Positions 10,018 through 20,108 of a DNA stretch of 32,000 bases are shown here, in pieces. The DNA lies in NCBI GenBank assembly GCA_021613535.1, contig CP075492.1:2150260-2182259 (forward strand), written 5' to 3'. The notes beneath the pieces were generated by a model. The model worked only from the letters and a program-made list of their open reading frames with translations, searched no databases and was not told the origin of the DNA. Position 1 is the first letter of the stretch. The number at the start of each line of letters is the position of its first letter. Made by a program: the position numbers and the translations under genes. This DNA is from Adineta vaga (Eukaryota; Animalia; Rotifera).

Positions 10018-12185
10018 TGTGTTCAAACCCTATCTCGATTTAATGTCGAATCCATTTACAACACGTGAATGGAATTATCTAAAACTAGGTAAGATTTGTT
10101 GCATTCATGAGATTTGATATTGACTAGAATTAATCAAATTGTTATAGGTCCATCATTTATTCGACTAAATCAAAGTGCACTTTGTTCTCGAAAACAACAA
10201 GAAACTATAATTAAAAATGAACATAACGATATTTTTACTAAAGTTCAAGATTATCTAGTCAAACTTTGTCGTATACCAAGAACAGTGTCTATTTTTCAAG
10301 AATATTCTGATCAACTTCTTGATTATCTTCAACAATGTTATTTTTCATCTATACCATATAAAGATCGTATCGAAGCACATAAACAAGCACAAACTGTTGC
10401 ATCTATCCGAAAGAAGATTCAACAAAATCATCTTATTATACGTCTTACTGATAAAGGTCATAATTTCTATATTGGTTTAGCAAGTGAATTTGAAAAGAAA
10501 GGTCAAAAGTTCTTTTCTGATACAAATGCCTTCATAGAATTAACAGAGAATCCATTCAATGAAATTTTAAATAAAGTTATTCAATTACTTAACACTTTTT
10601 ATTCAAAAAAACTCGTTTTAAAATGGCAATATGAACAAATGATGCCTAATCGCACCAAATGTGAATTAGCTCATTTATATTTCAATCCTAAAACACATAA
10701 GGTGTAGTAATAGCTATCTCGGAATAATTATATCTTTTGTATTTAGAATAATATACCAGTTCGACCGATTGAAAATACAATTCGTGCTCCAACAACAAAA
10801 ATATCAAATTTTCTCGATAAGATTATTCGTCCAATATTTGATAAACATTGTTATACAACTACTATTATTGATGGTGCCCATTTAATCAAATGAATCAATA
10901 GATATATTAGAACCAGCATGTTTAAACCATCAACTTTATTCTGTACATTTGATATTCATAATTTATATACTATGTTACCACAGGAAGAAGCATTGAATAC
11001 TCTGGTAGAATTTCTTTATGTCCATGGTTATCGAAAAGTGAAAGGAATTGCACTTGATACCATTCGAAAGTTGGCCTCAATAGTAATTAAAGAAAATGCT
11101 TTTATCTATGGCCATAAAATCTATAAACAAACTACAGGTGGTGCAATGGGTTCCTCATTTACTTTAACATTAGCTAATATATTTATGTGGAAATGGCAGA
11201 AGGAATTGGTTCGTTATCAAGATATTACTAGTGAATTTTGGCAGGTACATATATCTATCATAGAATATAGAAACATTAATTATAATTCTTATAGATATAT
11301 TGATGATGTTTTCATGACATGGAATAAATCTGAACAACAGTTAAGAAAACTATTAGATGAAGCAAATCAATGGCATCCAAATATTAAATTAGATTATAAA
11401 ATTAGTCAAAGTCTTCCATTTCTAGATATAGTTCTAACAAATAGTGATGGTGTTCTTTTAACATCAGTTTATCATAAACCAAGTGCAGAACCATATGTGG
11501 TACCATTTACATCCGATCATCATCCATATGTATACCAAAACGTTATCCAAACTGCCTTGGCACGAGCTATTCGATATTCATCAACATTGGAGGCATTTCA
11601 TTGTGAACAAAAAGAAATAAAACTCATGATATTGTATAATGGGTAAGCATTTTGTTCCTTATTAGAACAAAATCAATGAAATTATATCAGAAAAATCTAT
11701 TTTAGTTATTCTTCATCATTTATTAGTGATAAATTCTATAAATATATGCTCGAATATATCAATATCAACTCTTTTTCGTCACTTATCACAGATACGACAC
11801 AACTTTGCCTATTACGTCAGAAAATGTTGGCTCAACCCACGATTCGTCAAACACAATTGACCAAAAGTATGCTTCAGCTGATGCAAATGATGAACAACCA
11901 GATGATTCAACAGTTACAAAGCGTGAAAATGTAATGCATTTGCAAGATCGCTTCTTTATTCATTATACACATGAAAAACGATTTCCTTCGTTCAAAAGAG
12001 ATATGCATCAATTATACCGAAACGTATTCCAGAATACACCGGCAATGGCAGTTAGAATGGTTGTTGGCAATCGAAATCGTCGAGATGGTAAGCAAGAGTT
12101 GATTCATAAACGTCCAAAACAATATATGCTATTGAACAAACAGATGAAAATCAAACGTTTGAAATTTTCATCAACTAAACATTGA
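10018..12185 (+). mobile_element. Athena-like Penelope-like element (PLE) reverse transcriptase, 5'-truncated and degenerate, no GIY-YIG domain
   Basis: VFKPYLDLMSNPFTTREWNYLKL|GPSFIRLNQSALCSRKQQETIIKNEHNDIF... (intron ~10078-10146); IRLTDKGHNFYIG; MMPNRTKCELAHLYFNPKTHK|NNIPVRPIENTIRAPTTKISNFLDKIIRPIF; STLFCTFDIHNLYTMLP; QTTGGAMGSSFTLTLANIFM; YRYIDDVFMTW (RT catalytic box); C-term IHYTHEKRFPSFKRDMHQLYRNVF...MVVGNRNRRD. In-frame TGA at 10891-10893 and a frameshift near 11870. Confidence 0.88.
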
Positions 12186-13147
12186 TAGAACAAATTACTA
12201 ATGCTTTTCTCATTTAATTCTATTTATTCATGCAATGGAAATAGTATTTCTATGTTTCTCTTACTAATAGATCATTTCTTATGGCGTTTTTTATTTCGAA
12301 AATGTAATCTAGTATATATTTCTTTATTCTATTCTAGATCAACAATACAAACTACTTCAATATACTATATATTATGCAGCAAAATATCATCTAAATTCGA
12401 TTAAAACATAATTAAATTCAATTTTTCAATGAATTTAATCATTTTTTATGGAATTTGTCTTAAAAATAGATTATGTTACAGTGTCATTTTCATTTTAACT
12501 TAGTTTTAATTCATTCGAAATCCATTTTTACGATTCTGAACCATCTTTCAAAGAATATTCCAATCAAAAAGTAATGTTCAAAATTATTGAGTAAATAGTT
12601 TCTATTATGGCAAATTGTTATTCTCATTGTTTTATTCTTTAATAGTAGTTCGAACACAATATAAGCAAATCTAAAAAGTCGACAATCAATTTGATTCATT
12701 ATAATTGAGGCCCACAATCAATTATCAAGAGTAATACATTTAGTATTGTAAAGAAAATGAAATATTTTCTCCTTTCTTTTAGATGAGAATCATATTGTCT
12801 ATATCCAAAAACAATATGTATCTTATTCTTTCATTATAATAATCGAAATACAATCTCAATTATTATTATCAAGTCTGCCAAAAAGGTATGATTAACATCT
12901 ATTCATTTATATGATTCAACGATATTGAAAATAATAAGAATTTATATTGAAGAAAGAAAGATATTTATTGCTGGATTAAAATAAATCAAACAAGAAAAAA
13001 ACAAAACAAAATTAGAATGTCTTCATTCTTCAATGAAGACAAACCACATGGACGTGCTGCAAAAAGAACTATCTAATACAAAAATGATAAGCGGCACTAC
13101 CACGCGCACAAGCATAACGAGCAAAGAACAGAAAAAAAACAAAAAAA

Positions 13148-13552
13148 TTAACTACCACCATTCGTGATAGTGATGTCCAACGATTTATGTTCGTTTTTTC
13201 TCGGCGAAACATCGAGTGTTATACTACCATGATCATTGTTAATGACCACGGTTGTTGCCTGATGTCCATTCTGTTGTTGATTATTTCCAGTAGTTGTTAC
13301 TGGTGCTCATGGTGGTCGCGTTGGTGGTGGACCAAGTGCTCCTCGTCTACTAATGTGTAGACGAGTAAAGCTTGCATGACCATCATCGTCTTTACGATGT
13401 TCGTACAAGATCACCAACTTGTTATGCTCAATACGAACCTTCTTATATTGAGCATTGATCGGTGCTTCAGCACGAGCATCATCACTACTGCTTCCGTTTG
13501 AAGCAGCACCATTAAATCCACATCGCTGAGAACGTCGACTTACTTTTGGCAT
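13148..13552 (-). CDS. Uncharacterised small ORF (MPKVSRRSQRCGFNGAASNGSSS...GALGPPPTRPP) with in-frame TGA at 13307-13309 and a further 52 open codons
   Basis: Reading past TGA gives APVTTTGNNQQQNGHQATTVVINNDHGSITLDVSPRKNEHKSLDITITNGGS*. Confidence 0.3.
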
Positions 13553-14340
13553 TTTCTTAATATGAATGAAGAAAAAAAAAAAGATTCTCTGCTTCTTCGA
13601 CTTTATATTCCTTCTCTCTCTTTTATTTCTTTCCTTTGGTATTTTTTCCAGAACAAATGTTCTGTTTCTTCTTTCTATACATTGATCAAAAATCTTCTTC
13701 GCTTTGTACGTGACCAATATGTATAGAATGCATGAAAAAAAACTATGAAGAAAATATTCACATGTTTTTGAATTCTCGATATACCAATATCAAAACTCAT
13801 CATACATCTATGGATTATGAGAATATATCTTTTTCTAGTGTATCCAGACACTCACAAGCCAACGGAATCTACAATAAAAAACAGTATATAACGGTTCATT
13901 CTATATTTTGAATATAACAAACATTCATAGGATGCTAGTCTTTGATCAAGAATCAATTGAGATCAACGATAAAGAACTGCAAGTTACAAAAAAAAAAATA
14001 AACTAGTCTCGCAAAGAACATAAAAGTACCATAAAATAAATCCTTTACAATCATCCATCATCAAACTACATCAAATACTCCAAGCAAACTGAATAACGCC
14101 ATCCAAACCAACAGCCAGAGTTCAAATGACAGAATCCATCCAAATTCTCAGCAACAAACCGACTACACCATACAACAGCATCAATCAATCCAAAACTAAG
14201 GTCTGATTTAATCAAACCAACATACTTCGTCTTAATTCACAGCAGTGATAACAGTGTATTTCGTTCGAAAATGATTGAATTGAGTTGTTTTTGACTTTCT
14301 AAGTTGAAAATAATCTAGTTTTGATCGTTTTTGACTGAGA

Positions 14341-14385
14341 AGCCATCTGATGAGATCCGTAGCGGGATCGAAACGCGTCATGGCT
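14341..14385 (+). ncRNA. Minimal type I hammerhead ribozyme (PLE/Terminon type); predicted cleavage after C14379
   Basis: AGCCAT-CTGATGA-GATCC(gtagcg)GGATC-GAA-AC(gc)GT-C^ATGGCT. Stem I AGCCAT/ATGGCT, stem II GATCC/GGATC, 2-bp stem III, canonical core CUGAUGA...GAA...GUC. Confidence 0.9.
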
Positions 14386-14390
14386 GCTAG

Positions 14391-14421
14391 ACCACACCCA
14401 CACCCACCCCACACCCACCCT
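14391..14421 (+). repeat. Telomere-like tract adjacent to the hammerhead, C-rich on +
   Basis: accacacccacacccaccccacacccaccct. Confidence 0.85.
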
Positions 14422-15008
14422 TCGTGTCGACTAAATTTTTTTCCATTTAACATTTTCGTTAAGATCTAGTAGTTGTGCATAATTAGATGTGGAATAGCTT
14501 TCAAAACTTTTCACTATGGTTCGATAAAGCATGTCAAGCTATGCAAGAATTTAAATATCAGCATTTTTCCTGATCATGTTTCTTCTGTAAAAGTTAGAGA
14601 TAAGTAAAACGAGTCGTAAAAGTTTTATATATTGTGTACTAAAGAAAAGAATGCTTAATTTTTCATACGTTTAATCAATCGACAGGTGACCATGTTTGTG
14701 CACCTTAAAAAAAACCTTTTCATTTATAATATGTAATAAAGCATCTTAAAACATAAAATAATAGACAGAACAATCGATGTATCAAATTTATTGAGAATTA
14801 TGTATGCTCTGCCATGCATGATGTGTTAGATTTTTGTTAGTCTGTCTTCTTTCTTTCGGCATTTGTATTCAGAAAGAACTTATTGATTAATCAGGATTTG
14901 TTAATTTCTATTATTCATCTGGTTGAGAGTAAAACTGCATTATAATAAGATATCGAATCTCATTTTTATTCAAAAGACAATAAAATAAAAATACAATTAT
15001 TGATCGAA

Positions 15009-15134
15009 TATACGCTCAATTTGAAATCTAATACTATACGTCGATGTAGTTTTTCCTGCTCTATAAAATAACATAAGATCATAGCTATCATTATTATCTC
15101 TCTTAGAATTGCTATGGACATAAAAGTATGAATA
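15009..15134 (+). repeat. Inverted repeat, left arm (126 bp)
   Basis: tatacgctcaatttgaaatctaatactatacgtcgatgtagtttttcctgctc...gtatgaata; reverse complement of 15441-15566. Confidence 0.9.
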
Positions 15135-15440
15135 ATTCGTACTAGAATGAAACTTTAGTTTAGATTGTCATGATGCTGACTGTGACTATAAAATGATCCA
15201 TACCGCTCTGATCCTCTATCGATAATCTATCGTTACCTATTACTATATCCATACTTATGTAGAACGAATAGGCAAGAGATAAATAAAGATATCATATTAG
15301 TGGAATGGCTTTTTGGCAGTGCATTTGCGCAATCAAACCGCCGAATGTTGTACTGTCCGCATAAAAAATCAAATATTTTCTGCTTTTCGAAGCAGTTTCA
15401 AATGAAAACTTAGAAGAATATTATGACAAGCCCTGTCAAA

Positions 15441-15566
15441 TATTCATACTTTTATGTCCATAGCAATTCTAAGAGAGATAATAATGATAGCTATGATCTT
15501 ATGTTATTTTATAGAGCAGGAAAAACTACATCGACGTATAGTATTAGATTTCAAATTGAGCGTATA
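15441..15566 (-). repeat. Inverted repeat, right arm (126 bp)
   Basis: tattcatacttttatgtccatagcaattctaagag...ttgagcgtata; spacer of 306 bp between arms. Confidence 0.9.
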
Positions 15567-16113
15567 ATAGAAAAAATCACACGTACCCTACTTTTTTATT
15601 CGAATACCCAAAAGTGATAGACTTCCTAAAACTGTTTAGTTCCTAAAAAATTGTTTTTGCTTCATTTTAGAAAAAAACTAAATATACCAAAATGTGCAGA
15701 ATTTTATGCTCTATCATTCTATCCGAGAGAAAATAAGATCTAGGGGGTGGCAGATTTACGGTCTTATTCCGCGGTGTCCTTTTTTGTGAATTGGATATTT
15801 TGGTTGAGCTTGTCGACCTCTATTTAACCATATAAAAACATGTATTAAAAATCCATAGCTGAGACGGCTTTGACTATCCAAACATGCACGATAAAAAAAG
15901 CTTACTCGATGTATAATGATACATCCTTTAATGTTATGAATCTCACTAAAATATTCAAATTTTAACATAACTAAATCAATTATCATACTTTTTCTATCAA
16001 TATCTTTTGTATTTTTTACTCTAAATTGATACTTTCTTGAGGGCGGGTGTCATTAATATTCATTTATTATAAATAAAGACAAAATCATTGATTAATCTCT
16101 ATTCGATATGATT

Positions 16114-17355
16114 TTAACATAGAATTGGATAACTTGGTTGTGTAGCAACAGCACATTGATTATTTTTATTCCGTACCATTTTAACATAACCTTTTTCACC
16201 CCAATCCGTAGTCCAACTAAAATAAAAATACAAATTATTTCAAATCAATAATATTATAATTACCTATTTTTCAAAAGCCAATAATCTTTCCCAGATTCAT
16301 TTCCATAACCAATAACAAAAATACCATGATCAGGAAAGTCTGGTCTACATTGTGGCTCATCATAAACTATAAAAATAACAAAATTGTACAAAAGAATTCT
16401 TTAATCAAAATGATATTTACCACCACTTTTATACAATTGAAATGAAGTATGACCTGCATCAACAGAAGTTGCTATTGGTCCAATGAAAGCTGTAGCTTGT
16501 TGAAGAGCAGTTTCATTACCCGATGGAAGTTCAACATATCCACAGACTTTAACAATAACATTTGATGTATTAAATGTACATGTATTTTCTTTCGCATTAT
16601 ATGGATAAGTTTTATCAGATTGAATACCACCAGCGTCTTTCAGATATTGAAAAGATTGATTCATTAAACCACCTTGACAACCCATATTACCGTATTTAGT
16701 TGAACAATCAACTAATTGTTGTTCTGAAAATGAAATACGTTCTCCTGTTTTAATTGCATAAAGACCTTCAATTGAACCAACTGCTGAAAATGCCCATGAT
16801 GAACCACATTGACCTTGATTTTTAACAGGAACTACAGCACCTCTATCACGCCAATCTATTAATAAATAGAAATAAACAATAAGAAGTCATCAACATTAAA
16901 TTCTTCATACCAACAGTATCGGGAATTTCAATATTAGAATTTATTATAAATTTTTGACCTTGTTTTTGATTATTTTCATTATGAAAATTCTTTAATAAAT
17001 TAACAAATTCTTTATTTGTCTATAATAGAAAAATTATAAAATGAATATCTAAATAATAAAAATCATTACTAAATCAGCAAATTGATTCATTCCAAGTCGA
17101 TATGAATGAAGACCAAGATCAGCTTGATGATTATGTTCTTCTACTAATTCCAAATTTTTCCTCCAAATCATTCGACTAAACCACATATCAACATATAAAA
17201 TTTTCATACAATAAAATTTCTTACCGAAGATGTTCTTCACTACTTGTATAACTTTTATTAAATTGATTTTTCCATAATTTCCATTGTCGTTTATTATGAG
17301 CCCATGTGTTGCTCAAAGCAAAAACAATAAGTAAAACAATTATTATTGATCGCAT
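16114..17355 (-). CDS. Cathepsin L-like papain-family protein (C1A) with I29 prodomain, catalytic Cys replaced by Ser; seven exons
   Basis: Exons (approx.) 17224-17355, 17070-17175, 16911-17019, 16421-16855, 16264-16376, 16114-16216 plus signal peptide within exon 1. Spliced protein: MRSIIIVLLIVFALSNTWAHNKRQWKLWKNQFNKSYTSSEEHLR|RMIWRKNLELVEEHNHQADLGLHSYRLGMNQFADL|TNKEFVNLLKN...EIPDTV|DWRDRGAVVPVKNQGQCGSSWAFSAVGSIEGLYAIKTGERISFSEQQLVDCSTKYGNMGCQGG...SGG|VYDEPQCRPDFPDHGIFVIGYGNESGKDYWLLKN|SWTTDWGEKGYVKMVRNKNNQCAVATQPSYPILC*. All junctions are GT-AG. Six exons were actually placed. Confidence 0.88.
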
Positions 17356-18323
17356 CTAAATATTTCATTACAATGAAGAAAAATTTTATTTGTGCGTGTA
17401 CGCACCTTTTGTTAATAATAAAAATGATCTTATCATTAATAAGCATTTTTTTATCTCAATGCAGTGTCATTTTTTCGTTGATATGATGTTGTTAGTTTTT
17501 TTCTTCAATTTTTGTCTCATCATCAATATAAGTTATTGAAATATTTTTACTATTATAAACGACTACAGTTCCCGCTGCAAATTATAAAATAGCTACAAAG
17601 AAAATATCGCAAATTGAAAAAACGACAGGAGATGTATTTGTGTATATCATAAACACTGAAATACTACTTGATTCATTTTTTTTCTATTTTAGTTTCTCAG
17701 AACTATTAATTAAAATTATTCTTTAATCGTAGTTTATCCTCAACTTTTCGTCATCATTCCCACTTTTATTCTTTAACTTTAATCTGATCGTCACCCAAAG
17801 GATTATCCTACATTCTCACTCATACTACTGCGTTGTAGAAATTTATTATTGTCACACAATTTTTATTAATTGAGTTACATAAATTTCATTCATCAAATTA
17901 CACATTGGATTGAGTATGCAGTTACCTATTCAACGAATGAATTAAGTTCAATTACAAACATCAGTAATTCAATCATGAAAAGAACAAGATATAGAAAACA
18001 CTCATCAAATTTCCACGTGACGAATAAGAAGTTTAAAGTTGCTTTTCGATTTTCTCTTTTTCCGTCATCATTTCTATATATTTTTGTGAATTGTTTTCTT
18101 GTCTCTTTCTCTACAATTATAGTCAGAGTAATAATTATAAACGCTCAGGAGCGCGTCTAATCTGAGTGAGGAGGTGTGTCAACATCCTTAGAAATATTCC
18201 CTCTACTGAAAGGAGGGTATGTACGAAAAGTAGTTAAAGTTCGTTCGTTTGTCCGTTCGTCCGTCACAACATTGTTACATATTGTATATAGTAAAACTAT
18301 TCCTGAATATTTTCATAAAAGGG

Positions 18324-18493
18324 TTGACCGAAGGGTACTCGAGGTTGAGGATCACGAATATGATGTTAGTTTTAACTCATTATTAACTAATTATTTAACT
18401 GATCATTAATTATTAATATTTTGTATAAAACTTGACCAAAGGGTAATCGGGGTCGAGGAACACGAATATGATGTTAGTTTTAACTAATTATTG
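18324..18493 (+). repeat. Two copies of a 62-bp satellite-like unit (18324-18385 and 18432-18493), abutting the telomeric array
   Basis: ttgaccgaagggtactcgaggttgaggatcacgaatatgatgttagttttaactcattatta / ttgaccaaagggtaatcggggtcgaggaacacgaatatgatgttagttttaactaattattg. Confidence 0.85.
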
Positions 18494-18578
18494 AGGGTGA
18501 GGGTGTGGGTGTGGGTGGGTGTGTGTGGGTGTGGGTGGGTGGGTGAGGGTGGGTGGGTGTGTGTGTGGGTGTGGGTGT
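18494..18578 (+). repeat. Telomere-like array, G-rich on +
   Basis: agggtgagggtgtgggtgtgggtgggtgtgtgtgggtgtgggtgggtgggtgagggtgggtgggtgtgtgtgtgggtgtgggtgt. Confidence 0.95.
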
Positions 18579-18596
18579 AGACGAATGACAGATCTA

Positions 18597-18701
18597 CACC
18601 TCTACCCTCACCCACACCCACACCCACACCCCACCCACACCCACACCCCACCCACACCCACACCCCACCCACACCCACACCCCACCCACACCCACACCCT
18701 C
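18597..18701 (+). repeat. Telomere-like array, C-rich on +, with a 17-bp higher-order period
   Basis: cccc blocks at 18629, 18646, 18663, 18680 give a 17-bp unit ccccacccacacccaca. Confidence 0.95.
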
Positions 18702-19796
18702 AATGAGAATCCCAGAAGCATGATGAAAACCTCAGAAACACTCACTATAGTCTCAGGATTTCTGTCGTAATTCCCAGATTCTTATGATACTCCGAGGATT
18801 TTTAGAATTCTCATTATACTCGTAGAGATCTCGGATCCCAGGAATCCGCCGTTTCTCTCTTGAACATATCTTTTTTAAATAGGAAGAAAACTGTTTCTTT
18901 TGCCATCATCAGGTCTTCATTTCGCGGATTCTTTTTTCATGCACTACTGTCTACATACCCTAACTTACCTTCTTGTTTCACAAGATTTGTCCCAAAATCT
19001 ATATCAATTGCAGCTGAAAACACAGCAAAAAATAAAAGAGCTAACAACGTTTTCATTATCTTTTACGCCTCCGAATGCTTGTTGGTAATAAAACAAACTG
19101 CTCGTATTATATTACTTTGAAGCAAGTCGACATATGCTTTTTTTCTCTGCAATTTTTCGTAGAATCGCACGATGCATGTGCTCTTATCTATGATAAATAT
19201 GTACACTGTAAAAAAAAAGTCGAGAATAATCAACAATAAAATCGTTTTTGATGTCCAAATAAGCGAAAAAAGAGTTTATGAATTTGCAACGTCAAAATAA
19301 TATATATGGCATGAGATTTTAAACAAAAATGAAATGAAATAAAGTAGATATTTTAACGTTTTATTTAAATACAAGAATATTTGATCTTATACGATCATTT
19401 TCAACAAAAACACAATCTTTACAACGACAATATAATCTTTCGACAATAAGTTGTAATTTTGTCAATACATAAATAGATTCACTTGATCTAAATAGTGGAT
19501 TTATAAAACGAGCAAATATATTTATTGTCAAAAGATTATGTTGTCATCAAGTATTGTTGTTATGTTTGTGTTGTATGTGAAGATCTTAAAATAAAACGTC
19601 AAAATACCTACTTTATTTCATTTCATTAAAATTAAATTTTTTTATTTATCGATTTTCATTTCGACGAAATATATTTGAATATTCTTCGAAATGATAAAAT
19701 AACAAACATGTGACATATTTTCCCATAAGTATATTCGTCAATTTAAATCGAAATCTATATAAACTTCAATTTTTTATTCAGAATAATAATAATAGA

Positions 19797-20108
19797 ATGC
19801 ATTCAAGTATACTGATTAGTATTCTCCTAGTTATGACGATTACTGTTGTACTAGGTATTAATATTCAACATGCATATTTATCATCTAATCAACAATCGAT
19901 TTTCAATGAAAATAGCGTTGGTATTGATAATTTTCAAGTAGTAAAAGGTTAGTTATTCTATTAATAAAATAATTAAATTTCTATATAAATGAATATATAT
20001 TTTCAAGATCAACAAGATGGATCTCGTAATTTTCGAGGTTGGGGTGGAGGTGGGAGTTGGAGTAGTGGCGGAGGTTTTGGTGGAGGTGGCGCTAGTGGTG
20101 GATGGTAA
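19797..20108 (+). CDS. Small secreted Gly/Trp-rich peptide, two exons (19797-19947, 20008-20108)
   Basis: Signal-peptide-like MHSSILISILLVMTITVVLGIN...; 60-bp intron gttagt...tttcaag; C-term DQQDGSRNFRGWGGGGSWSSGGGFGGGGASGGW*. Confidence 0.6.

Noticed and set aside
17224-17355. Possible frameshift in cathepsin exon 1
   Set aside because: Re-reading the junction of 17271-17290 (ataatttccattg) gives WKLWKNQF in frame; no lesion.
18484-18770. ORFs made of GVGVG and HPHPHP or THTHTH repeats
   Set aside because: Six-frame translations of the telomere-like arrays.
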